NCBI RefSeq assembly: GCF_009914755.1
Contig: NC_060932.1
From: the human T2T-CHM13v2.0 reference genome, Homo sapiens
Length of the DNA: 64,000 nt
Reading direction: 5' to 3' (one strand)
The translations under genes were made by a program, and so were the position numbers. Of this stretch, positions 26,219 to 39,149 are shown piece after piece. The notes under the pieces were generated by a model, which was not told the origin of the DNA, did no database searches, and saw only the letters and a list, made by a program, of their open reading frames with translations. Every line of letters begins with the position of its first letter. Positions within the stretch are counted from its first letter, which is position 1.

Positions 26219-26687
26219 TGCTGGGTCTGTCCCACAGACCGTGGCCGAGCGATGGATGAAAGGAGTACGCAGACACAGGTACTTTCCCTGAGAGTGCGGC
26301 TAGGGGACTGCACGGCTTAGCACTGCTGACAAGAGTGCCACCCCAATAAGCCAGAGCTATTTGTATTTACTTAGTACAGATTTAATGGCAAAGGCCTGGA
26401 GCAAGCACAGTTTGTGGGTGATTAACACTGCTGACCCCCCGAATAGAGAGCAGTCCTCTGTGCAAATGATCAGAGGTTGGTTTCTGGAGACATAAGTGAA
26501 CCAATTTATCTAGATAAGGATCTTTATATTCCCATGTTATTTACCATTTGCCTTCTGCTTCAGGGTAAGGGAATTAGCTGCCTTCAGCTTTTATTCTGTC
26601 CTGAAGCTGTGCTAAACATCCCAGCCTTCCAAGAAGGTTTGGGTCTTTCCCTGTAATTTTTCCCACCATGCTGACTGATCTCTGACA
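26219..26687 (-). mobile_element. 3' LTR (LTR22 family) of provirus A
   Basis: TG...CA termini, preceded in viral sense by the polypurine tract GAAAATGGGGAGA; homologous to 30793-31260. Confidence 0.9.
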
Positions 26688-26689
26688 TC

Positions 26690-27293
26690 TCCCCATTTTC
26701 TTTTTGTTTGTGTCAGGTTTTGTTGATTGAAGAATACAGATGTGTGCAGCAAAAGGTTTGTCTGGTGTAGTGGTTGCTGCTTGTATTCTGGCTTTGCATC
26801 CTAGAATTAGTAAATAATGAGACAAACATGAGTATAATTCGTAACATTCTTTTCCAGTCAAGGAGTGATATGTAGTGTTGCTTGGCTCCTCAGTCCAATC
26901 TGTGCCATTACTAAGGAAACCCATGGCGGGTAGGTCAATCCCTCCTAGCCAAGCGGTTACGTTATTAGAGGCTGGGAAGGGAGTATCTGCACAGGTAACA
27001 GTGCAGAAGAAAGGCAGATTTAGAAGATGGGCTTAATAGAGTGTAGCAGGTACCAGTTGCAACCAGAGTGAGAAAATAAGAAAAGCCAATATCCTACAAG
27101 AGTTGCAATGTACAACAGAAAGCATAGCAAGGAACAAATTATCTGGAGTGAATGGTGTCTGTGTCCAGGGTAGGATTTGCTCAGCCTCCTGGGTTGTCAT
27201 CTTCAGCATCCCCCAGGTAATGTCCAGGGCTCGTGTCATCCAAGGAAGTTGCATCATCCGGGGCTGCAGGTCCTGTAGGGTCATTCCCTTCAT
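26690..27293 (-). pseudogene. env: env remnant of provirus A (signal peptide fused to TM C-terminus)
   Basis: ITWGMLK...TPFTPDNLFLAMLSVVHC signal-peptide region; junction at ~26863-26868 to TM/cytoplasmic-tail sequence homologous to provirus B. Confidence 0.8.
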
Positions 27294-29890
27294 TTCTCAT
27301 ACTGGGTTGGGTCCTAGCCACACCATGGTATGATTTGATGCATCGTGCTGGAATACAAAGAGGACTTGAGAGGGTGTGAACACAAGTATATCCTCTTCCC
27401 CATGTTAGCAAATCATCTGGACCACACCATACATTACTATTTACATCTTTCCATAAAACTGCAGGTTTTATGTTGTGAGGGCCTTTGGTAAAATGCACTT
27501 CTGTGGCTGATTGAAATTTATCATTCAAATTTTAAAACTTAAGGGTAAATAAGGCTTGTGCCAATAGTGTTTCAGGGTCCTTACTCATATTCCCCCTTTT
27601 TCGTTTTTTGAGTATATTGAGCCTATTAAGGGTGGAGTGGACACATACTATGGCCTGTCCTTGGGGTTTATAAGGGATACCTGTGGAATGTTGGATGTTC
27701 CACGTGTAATTGTTGAAATTGTGAGCTGGCACAAGCCAGACCATTATCAGTTTTAATTTTGGGGGCCATCCCATAAATGCAAAAGTTGAAAGAAGATGTT
27801 TAATGACATATTGGGTGGACTCTCCAGGCAAAGCATGCACACTAATTAGGTGGGAATTGGTTTCAATGGACATATGTACATATCTTAGTTCTCTAAATTC
27901 AGGGACGTATGTAACATCTGTTTGCCATAACTGATTAGGTTCTAGTCCTCTAGGGTTAACACCTGTTGAAGGAGGGACTGTGCCTGTGAGCTGGCAATCT
28001 GGGCATTGTAAAATAATTTGTTTAGCTAGTCTTTAGGTAAGATGAAATTGTTTGGATAAATTTCTACAATTTTGATGGAAAAATTGATGCAATTGGGTGG
28101 CTTGGCCAAGCAGTGACATCATAACCTGCAGGTATGCTTGATTATTCCCAGAAGCCAGTGGGCCAGGCAGTGAGCTGTAGGTTCGAATATGTGTGGTAAA
28201 GTTAGGATATGTACATTGATCAGCAATTGCTGAAGTCTGAAGAAAAAGTGCATATAGGTTGGGCTCCAGAGCAGACTCAATGAGGGCTGTCTCAAGGTTC
28301 TGCAATAAATAAACAGCATAAGCAGAGTCACTATCAATATTGATGGGCTGAAAAGAAAATGTTTCTAGGGCCAATATTAAGGCTCCAACCTCAGCTCTCT
28401 GAGTAAAGGTAAATCCAGAACGAGTGAGCATATTGAGCATATTAAGGGTGGAGTGGCCATGTTCTATGGCCTGTCCTTGGGGATTCCCACCAATAGCTGC
28501 TTTTCCATTTTTACTAGAGCCATCAGCAAAAAGCATTAAAGTGTTAGATATGGGAAAGTGAACTACCTTTGTAGGCATAACTACAGGAGTATGAGGTAAG
28601 AACTGAAGTAATTTGTCAGCAGGAAGGACATGTTCTATATGGCCTGCATAATCAGATACTGCTATCTGCAGGTCCAGAGATAAGGACAAGACTGCTTGGA
28701 ATTTTTTTTTACTCAAGGGAATTATGACATCAGGGTCATAACCTAGCAACGGATTGCATTGTCTGTGGCCTGTATAGATTACTTTACTAACTAGCCAGAT
28801 ATGGATAGATAGTGTTTTAGTCCCAGTATGTGGGTAAAAAAATCCATTCTAGGAGGTGTACTAGCCCTGGGCCATCTGTCCTATTAATCCTGCTGGGGAA
28901 TGTTTAGTAGGAAAAAAACAAACAATTCCACTAAATATTGTGGGTCTATGTGATTTAGTTGCCTCTAAGAAATAGCTTGATCTATTTCCTCATTTTCCCT
29001 TTTTGGTGCAGGCGTTAAATACTTGGGAGAGTCTAGGGCTGTATTGCCCTTTAGGATAGAAAACAGGTTTTGTAACTTATCAGTAGTTATGCCTAAGGTG
29101 GGGTGAAGCCAGTTAATATCACATACTAATTTTTGATAATCATTTAAGGTACATAAGTTGTTAGTATTTAATTTAATCTTCTGGGGTATAACTGACTGAG
29201 AAGCTATTATGTATCCATGATATTTACAAGGAGAACATTTGTACTTTTTCAGGTGCTATGATTAAACCTCTTAACGGTGTATTCCTTTTGACAGAGGTAT
29301 ATAAATTTAAAACTACTGGCTCTGTTGGGGCTGCTAGTAAAATATCCATAAAATGAATAATTTGCAATTAGGAAATTATTTTCTACTGGGAATCAAAGCT
29401 TGATTTACATGATGCTGACACATGGTAGGACTCTTCAGCATCCCTTGAGGAAGTACTTTCCAATGAAATCAGTGAGTTGGCCTTTCATTATTGATAGCTG
29501 GTATTGTAAGCACAAATTTTTCTCTGTCCTGTTTTGCCAGGGAAATAGTATAAAAGCAGTCCTTTAAGTCAATAATGACTATAGGCCAATCTCAAGGAAT
29601 CACCACGAGGGAAGGGAGCCCCTGTTGAAGGGGCCATATAAGTTGCAAATTTGCATTGATAGCCTGTAAGTTATGCAAAAGTCTCCATTTACCAGACTTT
29701 TTGGGAATGACGCAAACGGGCAAATTCCAAGGGCTGTTTGATGGTTCTATATGGGTAGCTTTTAATTGCTCCTCAACTAATTCATGGGCTCTTTGTAATT
29801 TCTTTCCCTTTAAAGGCTACTGTTCTACCTAAATTGGATTTTGAGAGATCCATGTCAGGGTTAGGGGAGGGATAATAATAGTGGCCATTA
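27181..29890 (-). pseudogene. pol: pol (RT-RNase H-IN) of provirus A, disrupted
   Basis: [10 protein letters not shown] and IIHFMD-IL (one catalytic Asp codon lost), FADGS...QRAE RNase H, WQTDVT and PQGQAI integrase motifs, TWGRGY C-terminus. Confidence 0.9.
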
Positions 29891-29901
29891 TTAGAAAAGG
29901 G

Positions 29902-30648
29902 TTTGCTGTTCACATAGTTCACCAAATTCTGCCCTCCGGAAGAGGTATTGACTGACCTTTAAAGTTGTTTTAGCTAGCACTGACCAGTCCCATGGGGTCA
30001 TATGGAAGTTGTCTGCTATGGTCTCAATTAATCCTTTTGTAAGTGGACTAGTGCCTCTGTTTTCTCTAATGCTTTTCCTTATCTCTTTATCAGCATCAGA
30101 AGAAATGGGTTCATATACCTGATTGCCTTGTCGATCTTGCATTACCAGGCAGGCGAAGAGCTCCCCTTCTAATGCTGCTTGCCTAAGACAGGGTTCCATA
30201 GCTATAGTGTATCCCTTGTCTTTCTTCCAATTTATTGTGGGAGGGGGCTTAGGCAAAACCTCCGTTTCCTCTTTGGTATTTTTGCCCTGTAACAGCAGGA
30301 CTGAGGGAGGAGGAGGAGGAGGCAGTAAGGTAGGTGATGGTTCCTCCTGCCTTCCTTTTTGAGGTTCTTCTGTGTAGAGCAGGGCCAAAGCAGCCCTGAC
30401 TAATGCACACAACTTTAAAAATGTTACTGGGACCTGAAGCCCTTGCATACGATGTTAAGATTTCTCCGCATTTGTTCCCAGAGCTCTAGGTCTATTGTCC
30501 CTTCTTCAAGGAACCATGGCTTAAGGGAAACAACAGTTTGCATTAGGTCCTTTAATTGAGCCTGTGAAACCAAAGCTCCAGTAGCTTTAAGTAGCTGTTC
30601 CAATACTTTTATATACTGTTTCTGTTGAGCTTATAACTGTTGTTCCAT
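29902..30648 (-). pseudogene. gag: Truncated gag (MA to start of CA) of provirus A
   Basis: ATG at 30648 (MEQQL*AQQKQYIKVL, homologous to MGQQLLAQQKQYIKVL of provirus B); ORF 29891-30448 with poly-Pro and TPWDW CA start. Confidence 0.88.
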
Positions 30649-30772
30649 GATGAAACTCTAGCCTTAACAATTCCCTTGATCTTGGAAATCCTGAGCGGGT
30701 ACCACTGACCTACTGACTGCACAGTCTCTTTACCTTTGTTTTCGGGGGTTCCGTCACAATCCATGGCAGCAT

Positions 30773-30790
30773 TCCTCACACAGAGCACCA
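30773..30790 (-). promoter_or_regulatory. Primer-binding site, tRNA-Met (provirus A)
   Basis: TCCTCACACAGAGCACCA versus the tRNA-Met 3' end TCCTCACACGGGGCACCA (2 mismatches); a Met PBS is diagnostic of HML-5. Confidence 0.85.
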
Positions 30791-30792
30791 CC

Positions 30793-31260
30793 TGCCAGGT
30801 CCGTCCCTCAGACCCTGACTGAGCAATGGATAAAAGGAGTAGGCAGACACAAGTATTTTGCCTGAGACCGCGGCTAGGGGACTGCATGGCTTAGCACCAC
30901 CAACAAGAGTCCAGCCGCAATAAACCAGAGCTGTTTGTATTTATTGAGTACGGATTTAATGACAAAGGCCTAGAGCAAACACAGTTTGTGGGTGATTAAC
31001 GTTGTCGACCCCCGAGTACAGAGCACTCCTACATGTGAATGATCAAAGGTTGATTTCCAGAGACATAAGTAAACCAATTTATCTAGGTAAGTTTCTTTAC
31101 ATTCTCTTGTTATCTACCCTTTGCCCTGTGCCTCAGGGTAAGAGAATTCGCTGCCTTTAGCTTTTATTCTCTCCCAAAGCTTTGCAAAACCTCCCAGCCT
31201 TCCAAGAAGGTTTGTGTGTTTCCCTATAATTTTTCCCACCACCCTGACCAATCTCCTACA
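30793..31260 (-). mobile_element. 5' LTR (LTR22 family) of provirus A
   Basis: Minus-strand start TGTAGGAGATTGGTCAGGGTGGTGGGAAAAATT; 2 nt from the PBS. Confidence 0.9.
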
Positions 31261-33977
31261 GCAAAGAGGGCAAGATAATTGCATCCTAGGGAGTCTGTGA
31301 AAGCTTCACAAAAGCAGCAGCATTGACCTGGAGAGAAATGGACTTATGAGGTTCCTAGACAAGAGTAACCTGCCCCTGACTTTGTGCTGCTCACCTGCCC
31401 ACAGAAACTTAGCAATGTGCTGTTAGCTTGGAAATGTCCATTCGTCCATGTGGCCATCACACATAGGAGGGTGTGTGTGATGATTGTTGCAGGAGATGAG
31501 GCTGGAGAGGTAGTCTGTGACCTTGAATAGATTCTAAACAAACATTAGTTTTGTGTGTGTGTGCATATGTATAATAAATATTTTTTAAAGTTAAGTTTTA
31601 TCTGGTTTCATGATTAGCATCTAAGTGCCTGTCATACTCTCCCACTTTAACCTTGGATTTCATCTGTGGAAAGAACACTATGATTGTTCCTTTCTCTTAG
31701 ATTGACCTTTTGTGAAACCACACACATTATCTCTTCATTCTTTGAGGGCTCTTTCCTTCCCACCCATGCAGCCCTCTCTCAATCTTCTCCCCCTGCCCTA
31801 GGCCTTCTTGGAGCTTCTCTGTATCTAGCCTGACTGCCTCAGCAAGATCATATACCCACATTTTTAGGGCCTACTTCTCTTTTTCTTCCTCAGAATGTAC
31901 CTATCTTATGTCTATTCCTCATAAAACTCTGTATTCTGAAAACTAATCATGAAACAAATTAATCAGACACGAAGATCTTCAATAATTTAATTTGTCCTGT
32001 CTCAATATTGGTCTCATTTTCTTTTCTTCTTCTCAGGATCCCAGAGCACTCTAGTCACCAAAGCTTTGGCAAGGATGTGGTTGAAATTGTAGGGCTACCT
32101 GGGTAAATAATAACAAATATGTTGTTATGCATCTTGCCTCACACCATCCTTCAACACTCATCACTAAAGCCGTTGTCTTTTCTATATGTAGAATGTTGCC
32201 CCAGCTATTCACCAAGGAAGATCACTACCAATACTATTATGATTTGGAATTATTTTTAGACATCCCATCTATTTTTGGTCTGGTGGTAGATTTCAATAAA
32301 ATTAATCTTCTATATGAAACTGGGAATGTGTTATGTGCCATTTATTATTACAGTCAGGAACTCCAGACAGTGTGAATAGGTTGATTAACGACCAGAGTGG
32401 AACTCATGTCCTGGGCTCTCCTACTGACTTCATGTAGCAGAGACACATCATTCATCAGGAATGACCACACAGTCTGCCATATTTTATTTCTTAATTACAT
32501 TTCAGCTTTTGCAAACTTAGATTGTAAGTCAAGAGAAATTTGAAATTATAAACTTTTAGAGCATATAAAAACTACTTTGATTTGTATACAGAATCCATCA
32601 GGCCATCTTCTGAATGAATAAAACACACTTAAAACTCCAGAGACCAAAGTACATATCTCTAGATTTTTCTGTGTCTTGAAAACATTAACAATCACAATGT
32701 AAAAATTATTTTACTTGTAATTAGGTCACTACTTTTCGATACTTGGATATGAAAGTCAATTAATTTGAATAATAATTTCAACAAAAAGCAGTATGAAACT
32801 CAAGTCATTGTATTGTAGGCACCATTATTAAGTTCTGAACTAATTCTCCTTGTAAATCTATTGAGTATGTGTATTATTTCAAATGTTAATTTTGGTTAAC
32901 TATTGAATCAACTATTGCCTTTGGGGCTATATCTAAAGTTGGATGGATGGAGTTCAGTTACTTTAATTAAAAATATTCAATTAACTGAAACCCAGATGAC
33001 TGTGAGTCCAGACAACATTGAATTTCTGAGTATTAATTACTAAGTAAATAAATATTAAATGCAGGATGATTGATTTTTCCCCTGGAAACCTGAAGTCAAA
33101 TACAATTACTCTTTACATTTTCTTTTCAAGTACTTAGTTAAGAAAATACAAAACTTATAAAGAAACTCATTTAAGAATTAAAAGATAAACGAGCAATGGA
33201 AGAGGACACTGACTCTGTGTTCAAGTTTTGTTAAATTATAATGCAGTGTTTTCTTCTTAAAATACATTTGTATTCTATTTTAAAAAGATGAAGCAAGTTG
33301 GGTGCATATCAAATAGTAACCAACAAAAATAAAGAATATTAAGTGATATGAGAAAATCCTATTTTTGCATGCATTTCTATTATGTCAGAAATATATGATC
33401 ATAGAAAAAAACTCCAACGAATGGAAAATATAAAAAAGGTCATGGTTTAGGTGATGCCATTCAGTTATAAAAATATTTTTAATAATTTTCAGACTCACTA
33501 GAATTTTGTGGTATTTCTGCATCTTCATAATCATGTTCAACCTTCACATCACAGAAACAGTTCACATGACTAAGACATCTGTAATTTCACATAAGCTTGT
33601 CTTAACTCTTTGTATGGGTTGGAGAAGTTTTCATACCACTGAGATGTAATATCTCATAACACTCATAAGCATAAAGTTATATAATTGATGCATGAATTTC
33701 TCCACCATTGAAACATTATTAAATATTAGAAAAATGTGTCCTTTACCTTTAAAATAAATTAACATACTGAAATACACATTACTTTGGGGTGCTAGTCTTG
33801 GTACAAATAGAACAATTTTTAAAAAGGATAGGAGTAGGGTGGTTTGAAGAGAATATCACGATTAAATATTTTTATGGCATGATTTGTAATGGCAAAAGTC
33901 ACTCTAATATAGAAATAACAGCGGTGAATGATTTAATTTGCAAATTCTTCATTCTGAAAGGGAGAAAAATATATTTT

Positions 33978-34450
33978 TTGCAACCCTAAAAAGTTCAGAT
34001 CTGGGACACCTCTGTGACAAAAGATGGATTAACAAGAGAAAAATAACATTTTTATTTTTAACATGTGCTATGCACATTACCTGGAAGAAGCCTCAGTTCA
34101 AAAATATCTCTTGAGATGGTGGCTTAGGGTCCTGGCTTCTATAGCAATCTAACAAAGAATAAATTCAGAAGTAGCAACACAAAAGAAAACACAGCTTCAT
34201 GGTTTCCAAAAGGTAGACAAATAAAGGGAGAGTAGTACCGTTTTCTCCCAGATTCCCCTAGCTTTCAGGCGGAAAGTGGGGAAACAGGCCCCCGTGCTCC
34301 TTTTTCACGAGGAAATTTTTGGACTCCCATAGGAAAGAAAGGTCGTTCAGACAGCCCTTTCCTGTAACCACTGTTTCCTCTGTGTCTCTATCTTAATATG
34401 TCTTTCAAAGAGGCATACTGGGGGGTAAAATATTGTGGGTTTTTTCAAGT
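33978..34450 (-). mobile_element. Old ERV1 (MER4-group) solo LTR
   Basis: GATTAACAAGAGAAAA...GTGGCTTAGG...AAAGAGGCATACTGGGGGTAAAATATT motifs, similar in layout to 7180-7655. Confidence 0.55.
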
Positions 34451-35546
34451 CATGCCATTCTCTGTCCCTAGATGTCCAGTAGTAATTCTTCCCCTATTTG
34501 TGAAAACCAAAAAATGCTTCTAGACCTCATCAGATGTCTGGTGTGTGTGTGAATCACCATGTCCCTCTTTCCTAGTTAAGACCTACAGCTTCAGATAACT
34601 GTATGTGTAAACACAATCAGACTGGAATTTCTGTGGCCCTGGATGGTCGTGTAACTTTTCAATTCGTTTCAACAAATCTCTTTCTTGAAGGCTTATTATT
34701 TTACCTGAGTGTTTTGTTTAAATCTTTAGGTCTCTAAAAGTAAGGACATTTCTTTTCAACTAAAAATGTGTTAGATACAAGGAACCAAATTGTATGTATT
34801 TTGAGATATCATGTGAAGAAAATTAGGAGGGTGTTTTTTTCTTGTACTGCTTTATTTTCAAATGTAATATTTCCTGTGAAATGTAATTACATTCTCCATA
34901 TATTTTAGGTAGGTTACAGACCTTTGAAACTTGAAAAGTTTATCTCATAAAAATAATTCATCTCTTAAACTGTCCTCTTTTTATTCCTATGTACTTTTGC
35001 TAGGCTACATTAAGTGGGATTAGTATAATAACTTTTGAATGCAATAATTCAACTCACCATTTGGTATTAGGATCTAAGAATTTTTGTTGGTATACTATGG
35101 TAATGTAGACCATCAAATTTAATTTAAAAAGTGGTGCTCAGAAGAATTTTTATTTAGATTTAAAACTAGATCACAAAGCCTATGCTTTGTGCACATGGGA
35201 GAAAGGAGACCTAGAATTAATCCCTCACCACAAATAAGTAAAACACAGCACAAAATGGAGGGAACCTCACAGGCTTGCTATGCCTGGGAATAATCTCTGA
35301 ATTATTTTCAGATATATAACCTAACATGCCTGTGATCCCCGAGAGAAAGGAAAGAAAGAGGTGAATGTGGCCCTCCTCTAAGCTCTCTGCAAATAGGCAA
35401 GTTCAGTAACATGTTACAGAGAAAAGGAATCCAAATAAAGATTAGAACTGTTACTGTGTTGAATAGAGAAGGTCCCAGTTCAGGGAGTTGAAAGTAACTT
35501 AATTTGCAGACTACAGAACCCGAGAAGGAAACCTCTCAGAAGCCTC

Positions 35547-37460
35547 CTAGCACATATGGAAATTACGTTTACATTTTACTATAATCTCTTAGGTGTGCAA
35601 TAGCCTTATGTCTAAAAAGTGTATGTACTTTAATTGAAAAATGCTGATGATTGTCTGAGCCTTCAGAGAGCCATCATCTTTTGGATGGGGAAGGGTCTTG
35701 GCTAGATGTTGATAGCTGCTGACTGATCAGAGTAGGTGCGAAGGTTGGGGTGGCTTTGGCAATTTCTTAAAAGTAAGACAACAGTGAAGTTTGTGCATGA
35801 ATTGACTCATGAAAAGATTCATGAAAGATTTCTGTGTAGCAAGTATTGCTCTTCGCTAGCATTTTTCCCACCTTAGAACTTCTTTCAACATTGGAGTCAA
35901 CCCTTTCAAACTCTGATGCTGCTTTATCAACTAAGTTGATGTAATATTCCAAATTATCTGTTGTTATTTCAAATATGTTTACAATATCTTCACCAGGAGT
36001 AGATTCCATCTCAAGAAATCACTTTCTTCGCTCATCCATAAGAAGCAACTCATTCATTCAAGTTTGATTATGACATTGCAGCAATTCATCGCATTTTCAG
36101 GCTCCTCTTCTGATTCTGCTTCTCTTATTTCCACCACCTCTGTAGTCATGTCCTCCACTGAAGTCTTGAACTCTTCAAAGTCATACATGAGGGTTGGAAT
36201 CAACCTCTTCCAAACTTCTGTTAATGCTGATATTTTTATCTCCTCCCATGAGTCTCAAATGTCCTTAACGGCATCTAGGAAGAGGAACCCTTTCCAAAAA
36301 GGTTTCAATGTACTTTGCCAAATTCCAGCAGAGGAATCATTATCTACAGCAGCTATAGCCTTATGAAATATATTTCTTAAATAATAAGACCTGAAACTCA
36401 TACTTATTTCTTGATCCATGGGCTGCAAAATGGATTTGTGCAAGCGGGCATGCAAGTAACATTAATCTTCTTGTGCATTTCCGTCAGAGCTCTTGGGTGA
36501 CCAGGTACATTGTCAATGAGAAATAATATTTTTTAAAAATATATTTGTTTTTACTGAACAGTAGGTGTCAATATTGGGCTTGAAATATTCATTAAACCAT
36601 GCTGTAAACAGATGTGCTGTCATCCCAGCTTTCTTATTTATAGAGCACAGGCAGAGCAGATTTAGCATTATAGAATTAGATTTATCATTTTCTTCTTAAG
36701 GTCCCTGAGATTTTTGAAGTGGTACATGAGTATTGACTTCAGCTTATAGTCACCAGCTGCATTTGCCCCTGAGAGAGTCAGGTTGCGCTTTGAGGCTAGG
36801 CATTTACTTCTCTTTCCCTATGGAAGTCCTAGATGGCATCCTCTTCCAACAGAAAGCTGTTTCATCTGTATTGAAAAGCTGCTGTTTAATGTAGCAACCT
36901 TCATCAATATTATAGCTAGATCTTCCGGATAACTTGCTGCAGTTACCAGTACCCGCTGCTTCAGGTTGCACTGTTATGTCATGAAGGTGGCTCTTTTTCT
37001 TAAACCTTGTGAATAATGTCTACTAGCTTCAACCATCTCTTTTCCAGCTTCTTCACCCTTCTCAGCCTTCATAGAACTGAAGAGAGTTAGGGTCTTGCTG
37101 TGAATTAGCCATTGGCTTAAGGGAATATCATAGCTGGTTTGATCTTCTATTCTGACCATTCACACTTTCTCCGTAACAGCAACAAAGCTGTTTCCTTCAG
37201 CCTATCTCAGCTTCTGACGTGCCTTCTCACTAAGATTAATTATGTCTAGCTTTTAAACTGTGATATATGGGAATTTTTCTGTTGCTTGAGCACTCAGATG
37301 CTATCTTAGGGGTTATTCATTAGCCTAATTTTAATACTGTTGTGTCTCAGGGACTAGGGAGGCCTGAGGAGATGGAGAGAGACAGGAGAATGGCTCACCA
37401 GTAGAGCCATCAGAACACACACCACATTCATTGGTTAAGTTCATTGTCTTAGATACCACA
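35547..37460 (-). mobile_element. Tigger1 DNA transposon, truncated and internally deleted
   Basis: Transposase fragments on the minus strand ([32 protein letters not shown]; ILQPMDQ...F.SYYLRN.F.KAIAA; IEDQTS..IPLSQ); terminal inverted repeats not seen. Confidence 0.9.
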
Positions 37461-38792
37461 CATTGCTTTTTGGGAAGATGGTGAAAATGAGTTTTGCTGC
37501 TGGTGTGCTTTGACCAGGGTTGGGGGATGTAGTAAGAGAACCAGATTTTAGTGTTAGTCATGCCAATATCTAACCAGAACGAGACATAATGATCAGAACA
37601 GGGACACTCGATGAGATCGCATAGAAGAGTCTTCACAAGTAGGAATCCATTCAGCAGAACCTGATTATATTTGAACATTTTAAAGACAGTTCACATTTTA
37701 AGAAAGTATAAGTTCATAGTATGGGACAGCTTTATTGTTGTAGGAAGAGATATTACTCTTATGTACACTGAAAATACTTATAAATTGCAAAATTTGGTTG
37801 GTCCTTGTGCTGCATTCTGAAATGCCATAAATTCCCTTAGTCATTTCATATTCTTTCTTTCTAGTCTCAATGGTTTCAGTATGGTTAGCAAAATCTGCAT
37901 ATTTTATAAACACTCCAAACATACTCCTGCCTTTGTGCTTATATTACCATCTGCCTACAATACTCTGTCCCCAGGGCTAACTCCTTCATCAAAGTCACTC
38001 TCCTGCTTAAACAGCTTGTCATTAAAGAAGGTGTCCATGATTATTACATTTAAAATCACCTGTCCTCAACTAACTCTACTTTCCTTTATTTTTATCTTAC
38101 TTTTTTGGATAGCATTTATTACTGCCTGGCAAGTGATGCGTTATTTTATGTAAGTCATGTATATGATAAATGTTTTATGTCACATATTATATTGAAGTAC
38201 TTGGTTATTTGTGCCTTCATCCATGGGGAGTATGAAGTTTGTTTTGTTCATTGAGGTATCTTTACTGCCTGAAATGAGACCTGGGCTATCAAATGTATTC
38301 AATGGAAATATGTTTTGCAAATTAATATAAAGAATACTCAACTTTATAAACATGTTTGATATAGCTTCCCTTGCATTACACAAAAGTCTTCCAATTATTA
38401 GTCCTCCCTAACTCAGAATTTCTATACAGATAGATAAGTCTGAAAAACAATGTTTAGCCTAATAAGTTAAGACTCATTGTGACTTTTCTATGTCATCACT
38501 GATGAAGACAATTATGCTAATTATCCTTAGTACTGCACCTTATATTAAACTTTGAGTACCATCTAAAATAAATTCTGTATTGAACACTAAAATCATATTT
38601 TCACTATGTTAGTCTTAAATGTTATTATTCCCTAAGTTTCTGTACTTGTCACTCACCTTTTTTGTAGACTCTCATCGTGTGTGTGTGTATTGGGGGGGTG
38701 GCTTTAACCTCCACATGCTTAAATCTTTCTTTCTTGTCTAGAATTGTCTCATAAACTCCAGATGCCCAAGACTAATTGCCTCCTCTTATAAC

Positions 38793-39149
38793 TGATAAAT
38801 TAACTTAAACTTAGGCTGAGATTGTCTCTTACCTTGTAGTTATAAGTAGCAAGCTGCAATCTAACTTAGTATGTAAACCAAAACCTAATAGCAAATTTCA
38901 GCCAATCATAAGTAGCCATGTTTCAGACAGTCAAAGACAGCCAACTCATATCATGCCCAAATAAGACACATTTAGCTGTAGTCAGTCAAGCGATTTCTCT
39001 ACTTTGCTTGTTTTCAGACTATACATACTGGCTATGGGTGGACCTTTCTGAACCTCCGCTGATCCTAGGGGCTACTGATTTATGAATTAATTGTTCTCTA
39101 CTCACATAAGTTCCACTAAATTTAATTTGTCAAAAGTTTTTTTCTAATA
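38793..39149 (+). mobile_element. ERV1 (MER57-like, MER4-group) solo LTR
   Basis: CAGCCAATCA boxes, CCCAAATAAG, and the terminal AAATTTAATTTGTC.AAAGTTTTT motif. Confidence 0.5.

Larger units (their letters stand above)
26219..31260 (-). mobile_element. HERV-K(HML-5)/HERVK22 provirus A, deleted (lacks most CA-NC-pro and most of env)
   Basis: Paired LTR22-type LTRs (26219-26687, 30793-31260), tRNA-Met PBS, PPT, betaretroviral gag/RT/RNase H/IN remnants; 6-bp TSD GTAAAG and GCAAAG. Confidence 0.93.
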
